DNA of 64,000 nucleotides from Laetmonice hystrix (taxonomy: Eukaryota), in contig OZ249436.1 in the NCBI GenBank assembly GCA_965235115.1, positions 13,950,001-14,014,000 of the forward strand. The letters run 5' to 3'. Under the pieces are notes generated by a model. The model saw only the letters and a program-made list of their open reading frames with translations. It ran no database searches and was not told the origin of the DNA. Made by a program: the position numbers and the translations under genes. Of the stretch, positions 13,345 to 25,000 are shown one piece after another (positions within the stretch are counted from its first letter, which is position 1; every line of letters starts with the position of its first letter).

Positions 13345-15852
13345 AAATTATAGTTATTAAAGAAATCTTTAGACGATCGCAACGTTATATGTGTTTGATA
13401 GATTTGTTTTGAATATCTTTTAATGGAGATTGTGAATGTAAACTTACCTCTATGACGAAACAGTTATTTTATGGCGTGAACACACTGAATTACGACACAA
13501 AGAGGAGTAAAGACGGGGATCCACATGCCCAATTCACGCCTCATTTAGTGAAAATACCTAGACTTCGTTCAGTTTTCCCCTCGAGAGAAGCAGTCGGTTA
13601 ACAAAATATGGCGTTAGGTATTCAGTCCTGTGGGTCAGCGCCTAAATACATTAAACATGCAAACCTACATTAACTAAAGAGTAACAAGTTGTCATCATTA
13701 TTCGTATACCTAATGTTTTTGTGGTACGTAACCGTCCGTTCGTATACCGTACACGTGACTATAGCACAGGTTCCATTAGACTAGTTGCCATAACTTGGTA
13801 AAGTCTCCCAGATGGTGTTATGTGCCTACTATTTTTATCTCTAAGTTTTGCAGTAAGTGGAGTAAGAAAGGAGACGGTGTCTGGCGGAAGGTGGGGTCCG
13901 TGCACTTTGATCTATTCTAGGCTTGTCAGGTGACATGACTGAGCGGCCTGGCGCCTCAACTTCCTGTGGTTGAGAGATGAAATGACGTGGGAGATAAAAG
14001 AGTTTATGACTAATGGCGATGAGCACCAATCGGCACACTACTGTTAAACCCCCTGGAAAATAATGGTGGTGGAAATAAACGGTGGGCAAATTGGTGACGC
14101 ACTGACGGGTGGGCTGACGTGGGCCGGTTCAACAGATGACAGCTTTACATGGCACTGGCCACTCGACGTGCCGGGCACGACGCTGAAGGAGTCTAATCGA
14201 GCCCTAAAGTGGGCCATTTCCTCGTAATTAGACTCTCAATTTGGTGAATATTTCAGACTCTTCTGTACGGAAAAAGGAACGGCGTCCAAATGTCCAACTG
14301 GCTGCGGAAATACACTATCTAAATGTTCAGTTTGCGTGCGTGCTGACCCTCCCGTTCCAAAGAGCTGATTCGGTATTATCTGCGCGCGGCAGCGGTTCCT
14401 GTCCGCTCGGGTTTTCGTATCGACTGGCACCCCGAGACCCCGTTCTCCCCAGTCTTGTCCCGCGGGCCGACTCCCCGGAGGACCCGATGAGGCGTACCGC
14501 CGCCCCACTCCACGCCCGGGACAGCAATGTGAGCCCGCCTGCTCGGTCGCCGGTCACCGCCCATTCACGTCCGTTTACAATTGGATCGGATCACGTGATC
14601 GCAAACGTCATATTTCAACGATGCTGTGTGTGGGGCGCCGGGTGTGCGGGAATATAAAACCAGACCAATTTTGATTGGCCATTCCTAGACGTAACAGAAT
14701 CGGACAGGCGTGATAGCAAACTAAACCAGTCTTTGTCGTGATAAAATATCCCATGTCCAAATGTGTAATCGTCCTGGAATCACGTCGATGAATAATACAA
14801 GTATACGATGTCTACATCATTTCTGGTCCTGAACCCTATTTCAATATTATTATTAGTATCATTATTAGTGCTATAGAAGATCATATTATACCTGGCTGAT
14901 CCATAAAGCTGTCTACGTACGATATAACAACAGTGTTCATATACCGGTGGCATACTTTCTGTTAATTTCTGCAATGTTCAGAACCTCTCTGACCAGAATT
15001 AACATTCCGCCTATTGTGAGGAGAAGCTCTGGTTTAAGATTGTCTCTCTGAGATCACGCAAGCCCAAGAGGATTACACAAATTATTGAACGCAGTCGATA
15101 TGTTCCTTTTTTATTTTTTTTCTATCTCTGGCCTGGAGCAATAAAACCCAAGCACCCCTGCGCACGCGTGTCTTGTCATGGCGCCCAGAGCCGTTTTTTA
15201 AACACGCGAGAGTAACATGGCGGAGAGTGGGTCGCGATGAACCGAACATGATGGACCCTGCACCACTGTTAGATCGGCTAGATCTCCTCTAGAAACAGTT
15301 AATGAAAGTGGTCCCGAACTCAGGTCTTTATCAAATAGTAAACCATTACGTCTAACTTTGGAAATACTCGGCCATGTTTCTCCTGCCGTAAGCCGTCTAA
15401 CGAGTCATTGGAAAGTAAGGTTTTTTTTCTAGGGCAAGACTGACATGACGTCGGTGATGTTGGCGTATGACATTTACGGGCCAAACGGGCAGACGCCAGA
15501 GTCAGTAGTAGTCTCGTAAAGACGTCGACCTGACAAAATTCGGAAGAGGGTTGGTGGCAGTAGCGTGATTTGTAGCTGAGTAGGGTGTCCCGAGCGTAGT
15601 TAAACAAGCGCCATCACGTCTACGACATGTGTTGGTCGAGGATAAGCCGGGACCGGCACAGAATGAGGTCTTCCCCGCCAGGGGACGTTGGGGATAATGA
15701 CGTACCGGACAGAACGACACTTTGGCCAATGATTTTGTCCGGCAGTTTGCTTACATATAGCTTTGTATTTTAAGAGGCCCAATACATGCATAGTATACGA
15801 AAAGATTTAATCGGAATTTTCTTATTGTCTTTGATTGCAGTATGCCGTCTCT

Positions 15853-15856
<4 letters not shown>

Positions 15857-15914
<58 letters not shown>

Positions 15915-16069
15915 CTCTTTCTCTCTGTGTGTGTCTCTCTCTGTCTTATTCTATAACATGGCAAAATATCCTAGGGAGAGGCTGTTGAACATCGCAATGG
16001 TCCACTCTTAAAATTAACCCAATTTTAGGCAGGTTTCGCATAACATTCGTCCGTTTGATAACGATGAAA

Positions 16070-16105
<36 letters not shown>

Positions 16106-16267
16106 GTATCTCTTTCTCTCTGTGTGTGTCTCTCTCTGTCTTATTCTATAACATGGCAAAATATCCTAGGGAGAGGCTGTTGAACATCGCAATGGTCCAC
16201 TATTAAAATTAACCCAATTTTCGGCAGGTTTCGCATAACATTGGTCCGTTTGATAACGATGAAACTC
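15857..16267. repeat. (CT)n microsatellite plus a 195-bp tandem duplication
   Basis: 15911-16072 recurs at 16106-16267 with 3 substitutions. Confidence 0.9.
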
Positions 16268-19200
16268 GCCCACAAGCTTTATTCCATCATCAAAGCTAGG
16301 GAAAACATGCCAGACCACAGCATTACGAGTAAGTGACCGGCATCACCAGCCGATCCAGGCTGCTTTGCTAAAAGATAGTTTTCTCCCGGGCTAAGAGCAA
16401 GGACTTACCCTTTCATTCATGTTAAGTGCAAATGGCCTCTTGGGTGTTTGCTAAGGCTTGCTTTTGGTCTTAATAGAAGCGGATTTCAGATTCTATAAAT
16501 ATACAGAGTCGGTAAGCAGGAAATTGTCGCTTCTTCTACCGGAGACAGAAACATGGACTCGTAGTGTTTCATGAGAGAAACATGTCTGGATAACCAAGCC
16601 ACGGCCACCAGATTTAGACCTCGTCCTGTCATATCAGTCAATGTGTGGCTTCCTGAGGCTTCGAGAGCAAGGGTTGCACCAAGGCACTGTGGTCATGGTC
16701 TGGAAATTCGGTTCTTTTTCTTTACATCTCTCTCCGCCCAAAATATTTGTTATTTGCAATCAGTAAAATACGAGTCACGCTAGAGAATGTAAAGAGTGCC
16801 CAACTGCGCAGAATATGCAATCATTCTTTAAACTGGCGTAAAATTAAATTATGTCCTATATGCAAGCCGCCTTTGACGAACAAGCACATGCCATTAACAT
16901 TTACCAAACAAGCTCCTGACTCAGGAGCTGCATTTATTAAACATAAGTTATATGGAGCCCGACACCGGTTTTCATATGCATGTAAATGCAAACTGACATT
17001 TGCACGAGAGGCGAGGTCTGCGTCGGTTTGTTTCATTTAGAGGCAGTGGTCCCAGGGGACATGCTGGAAGCAGACATGTTCCACAAAGGATGTCGACATT
17101 AACAGTTTCTGTGTGTCACCCGTGGCCGGCGAACGTCTGGCTCCAGCAGGCAGACAAGGTCAACTCAGACGACAACACCTGAAAATCGTGGACAAAATAT
17201 CATCTGACCCCTTTTATATCCACCGAGACGCCGATCTCAAGTTGTTCCATTTAGAAATTAGGGGACACGCATTCCTTACTTTCTCCACTCCAGGATTCTG
17301 CCTTGAGGGCGATTGTAAAACGTGGGCGTTCCTTGCATTACGGCAGCTGCCTACCAAAACATTACATCACTCTGCTACAATGATTTAATGTCATCTTGTA
17401 TTCCAGTAGACTGAGCTTAAATTTTCTGAGATTATGCCGTATATTTTAACGGGTGATACTTAACCGATCATACTGTAAGTTAAATGTATTGTTACACAAT
17501 TTATTATAACGATGTCTAAAGTATAAAATCACGGAAGGATTGTCGCCACCAACTCTCCCTTTTTACAGACCTCCTATACGTGTCAATTAGCAAGTGTCCC
17601 CGCAGTATATTTCGGCACTTTCTTATTATTCAATTACAACCTATAATGGACTGGCTTATGTAATTATTTGTACGCCACTGTTAAGGAAACATTGTGGCTG
17701 TTTCCCCCTGATCACATACACGGGTATTGTGTATTATTAATTATGTACTGATAGTGTAGCAATCCTCCCCTGGGAGTCAATCCTCGGCAGAGTATATTGA
17801 TCCCGACACATTCCTAATAGAGACTGTTGTGCCTCCCACACAATAATCTCGCCTTGTTCTAAAACCGCTTACTGCTCGCAATATAATACTGTCTTAATTA
17901 CTCTTTCATAGCAGCGCCAAGCCAGACTGTTGTATTTCGTCAAGACGTACATAACGAACTGCAGCTGCTGTAATAACCAACCGTAACTTTCACTAGTTCC
18001 TCATATCCTATCTCTCTGACACTGTTATCAGTATGCGCCTGCTTGTTTTACCAGATGATAAGTGTACGTTCGGTATTTTTACAAACCTTATAAATCACCC
18101 AGCATCAATGACTGCATGATCATTAAAAGCTACGTGCACGCCTACCTGCATTCTTTCCTGGTAATTCAAAAGGGCAATAATATCCTTCAATATTCATGAA
18201 ACGTGAATGTTGCATCGCTTAAAAGTTCTGGCTTGTCTTCTGGCCAGTATTTAGACACAGCTGCTAACATCAGAATATTTCTGTCAAACTACAATGCAAA
18301 CTAAAATAGTCTGTTATGGATAGAAGACAAGCCAGCCTGTATCTTCATGCCATAACCCTGTATGTGCAGGGTCCCTGACCTCTGCCACTGCGGGGACCGG
18401 ACAGGATTATGTAAGGTCCATAAATCAAGGTGGTCCTTCTCGGAGAGAAATCAAAGCTAAACGCGTGATGGGAAGCGGGCCCTGGCCACCGGTCGATACT
18501 GGAGTAGTGACCAGGAGTGTGGATGACCCCTTACCTCACCCCTGTCACCTGACCACATGACAAACCTGCCAGCCAAATCCTTCACTTCTCACTTCTCACT
18601 TTGTTACAATGTACTCGACTCCATCTTCTTCACAGTCTCTGTGGCGGATATGAAAAGTACAATTTTGTAAAATTAGGTTTATCTAACTGGATGCAATTCT
18701 CTAGGGGTATACACTCCCTGGCAGGCTGGATCCGCGTGCAAACGGTGAAGGGTTTGTACCAGGGGTGGTTGGAGGGTTGGGGGTCCCATCGCCATGGTTT
18801 CCGCGATTAGATTTTGACCCCGACCTCTACCCCACCCTGACCGCCGTACCAAGCAGGGTGTTGTTAAGAGTGTGCTGACTTTTCCCTTGATTGGTCACGT
18901 CGACACGTTGACCCTGGTCGAGCCGAGGTTGGAGACCTCACTCCTTCATGTATTCACGAGGCTGATCTCACCGACAGGTTGGATGCCATCGCTCAGGTCG
19001 ACCAATCTGGTCGTCACCCAGTCTCATGTAACTGTGATCCAACATGTTGGGGTCCACACGTCTTCTACTCAGGCGATATCAGTGAATATATCAACGTGTC
19101 TTTTCAACCCTTTCATGTATGTGCCATCTGTCCGAACAGTCATTATTACAGTTGTGTCCCCAAAGATATGGTGAACGGGCTTCAATATTCTGGTTCACAT

Positions 19201-19411
19201 CAAGGTAAGCAGACAGCCATCTTCGCGTACACGATATGGGTAGACAGGTAAAAGGCAACTATTTTGCCACATTGTAGACCAATTTATTTCATTTGGAGAG
19301 AGACCTTTAAGTGTCCTTTAAGTAGGCATAGGCGAACAATATGAATAGTACATATTATTAGGTAAGCCCCACCCTATTCCATCGATGATATCCCGGTCCA
19401 TAGAACGGACG

Positions 19412-20146
19412 ATACCACGACGACTCACACAAGGCCCTGTTCACGTTTATAATACCATGCACGACGACTCACACAAGGCCCTGTTCACGTTTACAATACC
19501 ACGACGACTCACACAAGGCCCTGTTCACGTTTAGAATACCACGACGACTCACACAAGGCCCTGTTCACGTTTACAATACCACGACGACTCACACAAGGCC
19601 CTGTTCACGTTTACAATACCACGACGACTCACACAAGGCTCTGTTCACGTTTACAATACCACGACGACTCACACAAGGCCCTGTTCACGTTTAGAACACA
19701 AGGCCCTGTTCACGTTTACAATACCACGACGACTCACACAAGGCCCTGTTCACGTTTACAATACCACGACGACTCACACAAGGCCCTGATCACGTTTACA
19801 ATACCACAACGACTCACACAAGGCCCTGTTCACGTTTAGAATACCACGACGACTCACACAAGGCTCTGTTCACGTTTACAATACCACGACGACTCACACA
19901 AGGCCCTGTTCACGTTTAGAACACAAGGCCCTGTTCACGTTTAGAATACCACGACGACTCACACAAGGCCCTGTTCACGTTTAGAATACCACGACGACTC
20001 ACACAAGGCCCTGTTCACGTTTAGAATACCACGACGACTCACACAAGGCCCTGTTCATGTTTAGAATACCACGACGACTCACACAAGGCCCTGTTCACAT
20101 TTAGAATACCACGACGACTCACACAAGGCCCTGTTCACGTTTAGAA
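19412..20146. repeat. Minisatellite, 40-bp unit, about 19 copies
   Basis: ACCACGACGACTCACACAAGGCCCTGTTCACGTTTAGAAT. Confidence 0.95.
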
Positions 20147-21883
20147 ACTGAGAAATTTAAACACCTTTACTGAGTTAAGGCCGGGCTGTGTCAACCACCT
20201 TTGTACGTGTCGACAGGTCGGGGTGGTGCTAACGAGCTCCAATCACGCACGTCTACCATTATGATACTTGGTGTAACCTGCCTGGCTCCTTGACAAAAAA
20301 CCCGGCGTCACTTCAAGGCTGCCTTGTCACCCGAGTTGACAGATCCGATGACGGGACCAAGTGGTCACACTAACCACGCAACACCTCAGCAAAGTGGGCC
20401 CAGAAATCAAGCAATCATGCCCCCACCCACCGCCATCGGGAACCTACCTCGGCGCTGCTAAATCCTGGCTGAGCAAATTGATCGGATCACGTTTAATGGC
20501 CACCTGCATCGGAATTGAGACACGAAACTGAGAGGGGGCGGCGACCGCCTACAGCCAATTTCCCGCCAGGCGCCTGGCTGGGACCTGCTTGATACAAACA
20601 ACGATAGAGCTACGATAGGTGTAGGAGAAAAGGGCTGTCCAGACTTGGACTTGTAAATTGGTGGTAAATTAGAATCATGACAAGAGGCCAAGCATTATTA
20701 AAACAAGCTGAATAGAGGTCCGTCAACTGGCTCATCCATCACGTCATGGCTACGTGGGAACTATGTACAGTGGATGTACGTCTTTAACCGTAAGGAAACA
20801 CGGGCCAACCTGCCAAATCACCGGACTCAGACACACTGATGGCGATTCGTTTAGTAACACCTGATAACCGATAACCCATGATTGGGTCCCTCCACTGGCA
20901 ATTCTTACCGACATCGACCCGTGTCAAACATAAGGTTCTGTCTCTATCGTATATCGGAGACTACATTATGTCCTGGTCAACAAAAACAACGTTAAACTTT
21001 TGTGTTTATACTAAAGACGTCTGGTGGAGTATCTGAATCAGCTTCAGCTGTAGGAGCTACACGTTGAGTAGAATACCCACAGCCCATGGCAGCAATTCCC
21101 CTATTCTATGTACGACTTACAATAAATTATTGTAGTGCCGCTCGCTAATTTGGTGACTGTCGTTTGTGACCCCGGCTGGTTTCCAATTAGGATATCTATA
21201 TTGTGTGAGACACCCCGCTACTCTACCCCGTCTGACATCATCAACTTCTTCGGTTCATACACTCAAGATTTTAACATGCCACAGGGGGATTCATGGCTTC
21301 GAAAGTAATGTCCGGAAAATGCCAAATACAAGTGTCGGACGCAGTGCATCTACGAGCCACACGCGGGCACAGATAGTAAATGGATGATCTCAGGGTAAAC
21401 CTATGTCCAAATGTAAACCACTGTACGTATCAGTAAAGAATATATCCCCCAACTTTTCATTATTCATTTTGATATGTCAACACCGAAGTTTCCATCCAAA
21501 ATTACACTAACTTGCCACGGCTTGCACATGGAACCAATATAGATTATAAACCTGTTCATTTCCTGTCGAGTGCTGAGCACAGCGGCAGTCGGCCCAATCT
21601 AGTTTGTATCCCAGGCCGGAGATAATCAAGGTTGTCGGTGGACCTGCTGCCGACCGGATCCGTCCCCCGGATCGCAAGTCCTGATAACAACCATTGGGGA
21701 TTAAATGAAACATATAAACCGTCTCGGCTCGCTAACATACCTGTCAGATGGTCACAGAATCTCAACATCAACACAGACAACAATATCCATTGTAGCTGAC
21801 ACCCCACATATATATTGTGGTGGGAGACATCGAGAGACGCCCAGCGTTTCGTGTTACAAGGAGGTCTACGAATTGACATCGGG

Positions 21884-22003
21884 ATGGCAGTGGTATTGAA
21901 GAAGGCGACTCTAAGACTGGGAGGGTCTCGACTTGCTTCATGTCCCAAACCAGCTTCCCACCAAGCTCAAACCATAGGTGCCGACGACGGAGGAAATGAG
22001 CAG
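21884..22003 (+). CDS. CYP10: CYP10 exon 1 (putative mitochondrial targeting peptide MAVVLKKATLRLGGSRLAS...)
   Basis: ATG, basic and acid-poor N-terminus, CAG|gtaagc donor in phase 0 matching exon 2. Not supported by homology. Confidence 0.65.
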
Positions 22004-25000
22004 GTAAGCAGCCTATAAAACTTACAACGAAATAAACTCCTTCTTGGCACTTGTATAGAGATATCCCTTTTCCCTCTTGGAAGATATATAAAAAGGGCGG
22101 TATTCGAAAAAAGATGTCGTTATCTCTATTCTAGATGTAGAGATAGGAGAAAATGAAAGGACATACCTTCATTTCTCCTTTATTCTGGACGTTAGATAGA
22201 CTCTTGGTTAACCGACTTCACTCCTCTCTCGACGACAGGATAAGCATATAGTTTGTTATAAGTGATTCAAAGATCAGTTTTATACCATGTATAGACACCA
22301 TGCGCCTCTGAAACCGTCTTCCTTAACCTCGGGGGTTGGATGCCATCAATTGGTAGTGATACATCATCAAACTTACAACGTATAACTGACATCTCTGAAA
22401 GAGCCATCGCTTAGGCGCGTTCCCCACACACACAGACGCAGCTGAAAACATTTGTGTTTTGAAGGCAGGTGCACATGCTCCACCCCATATCCGACATGGG
22501 GGTGGTACGCTTAAATACCCCGTACCTTCTTCTGCCCGTGAAAGCGGGTGCGTTAGACGTATCCTTCAATGATTAAAAGGATTTTATAATTAGGAAACTG
22601 TGTCACGGCAGAGCCGGGAAATAATAATGGTAGGGCGTCAAATCAGAGAGTTCATTTTGATGTACTCTAATCTTAATGGCAAATAGGCAAAAACTGCATA
22701 GTTGTTTCCAGTAAAGAACCGGCCATGGTCTCTGTGTGCGACATAGTGCGATTTGCTGGCTTCGTTTCCCTACTGCGCAGGCCCACCAGCACACCGGATA
22801 TCCGACCAATCAACTGCGCCCGTTCGAAGAGATGCCGGGACCAAAGGGGCATATTTTCATCGGGACACTCTGGGACTACGTCAAGAAAAATGGATTCAGG
22901 TTTAACAAGATGTTTGAGGTATGTCCCCTACCGCCTGTCCTCTGGGGGATCTGTAAATACGGTATTCAACCGACTCCAAATTATCCTTCAATTCAAGTGG
23001 GTGGTCGTTAAGGTTTTCTTTGGAAAAAAACACATTCATTATGGCCCATTTTCCCCCACTTAAGGGATAAATTAAGGTCGGTGGTGTTTCCTGAGAGCTT
23101 CATAAAACATAATTTACATGTTATTAAAAGGCCTTTATGAGATCGGTTGCCAGACGCGGGGGGCCTTGCGGAGGTGGGGGGTTGTTGAGAGGGAGGTGGT
23201 GCCAGTAGTCTGACAACATGCTGATTGAAACCCTTTCCGTCCCTGTCTCCATGTACAGGCCATGCAGGCCCGGGCCAGCCAGTACGGCCCTGTGTACAAA
23301 GAGAAGATCGCCAACAGGACAGCCGTTATTGTGTCCGACCCGGCTGAGTATTCTAAAGTCATTCGTGTTGACGGGAAGTTCCCACATCGTATTGAAATGG
23401 AACCTCTGGCCCACTACCGGCGGACTCGCAACCTCAGTCTCGGAACTGTCAGTTCGTGAGTGACCTTTACAAAAACAGGACATTTGTAATCCGGATGTAC
23501 GTCATTGATGTATCACAATGACAAATTAGCATTCAGCACCGTCGTCTACACTACGAATTTATAGAAGAGGGTAGTTCCTCTTTGTCCAATTGAGAAAAAT
23601 CTTCGGAAGAGAATTCATCGACATAATTATTGGGTTTGGTCCACACGGTTCCTTAGAAAGTCGGTCAACTATGTACTGCCTCATAATCAATGGCTATATG
23701 GAAGTACATTATCGTACTTGGAGTAAATGCAGCTGAAAATAACACAATTGCGAATAATTACGTTATATTTTGTATGGTTCCTTTTATTTGAATCTTTAAT
23801 ATCTACTTTTATTTCTTGTGCCATTTTACAATCGAAGTCAAGGCGAGGAGTGGCATCGACATCGTACTGCTCTCAGTAAAAAAATGCTTCGACCCAAGGA
23901 AGTTCTCTCTTACTGCGATGCTATGAACACTGTAGCCGACGATTTCATTCTCCACCTCAAGAAAATATGCCAACCAAACGGGATTGTACTTGGTCTGGAA
24001 ATGCAGTTCTTCCGTTGGGCTCTCGAATGTATGTACTATCCATAATCATTATAATATAGCATTTAGCCAAACGGAGATTTGGGTATGCAATATTAATCAG
24101 TAAAAGGTAATCCACATTTTGTGGTGACTTCATCTAAATACCCAACATTGTAACCAGATCACAACCACTTGATGAAATACCGTGCGAAATCTTTCTGATT
24201 GCCAAACTTCAGATATACGTCCTACATAACCTTCCTGCACTCGGGCAATGCCAAGGCATGACCTATATCATCCCCATTGAAAATTCCATGTGTAGTTTAA
24301 TCGAGCTATTGTTGTCATTCCATTTAATTTATGTCTGGCTTGCATGACTTGTGTAATCTAGCTATAGGCATGGTGTTGTTCGAGGACAGAATCGGATGTC
24401 TGAACGAACCCCCCGACCCTGACACACAGACATATTTGTACCACCTCATCGGATTCTTCAGCTTCATGCAGCCGTTAATGTACAACGTACCCATCTACAA
24501 GGTGCTACCTACCGCCACCTGGCGGCGGTACAGTCACCATGCCGACGAGGTCCTCAGAATCGGTCAGACCTTCGTCGACAAGGTAGGAAACATTCGTTAT
24601 AAATAATCTTAGGTCTTTCAAGGACAACATATTTCAAAGCCTTCATTTACTTTATTGTGGGCATCATAATCAGTGGATACGTTTGTAAATGACACGTCTG
24701 GAATTCGATGTCCCAGTTCAACATTCTGGTTGTCCCCTCCCCTGGAAAAATTCCTTGCGCCACCCAAACATGAGTTTTATAATCGATACTCATGAGGCAC
24801 ATAATAAGTGACTACCCATTGTGCTCAGGTACATGACTACCCATTGTGCTCAGGTACATGACTATCCATGTGCTCAGGTACATGACTACCCATGTGCTCA
24901 GGTACATGACTACCCATGTGCTCAGGTACATGACTACCCATGTGCTCAGGTACATGACTACCCATGTGCTCAGGTACATGACTACCCATGTGCTCAGGTA

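Noticed and set aside
15320-15790. Minus ORF starting MFNYARDTLLSY, reminiscent of LINE 5' ORFs
   Set aside because: No endonuclease or RT motifs follow.
18867-19251. Cys-rich open frame (SCNCDPTCWGP) with a GTAAGC donor at 19205
   Set aside because: No recognisable domain spacing, no convincing acceptor and no partner exons.
21100-21500. Minus frames interrupted only by TGA (here and at 18.9-19.2 kb), suggesting selenoprotein or mitochondrial code
   Set aside because: Explained as mirrors of TCA codons in a weak plus frame; no SECIS seen and no resemblance to mitochondrial genes.
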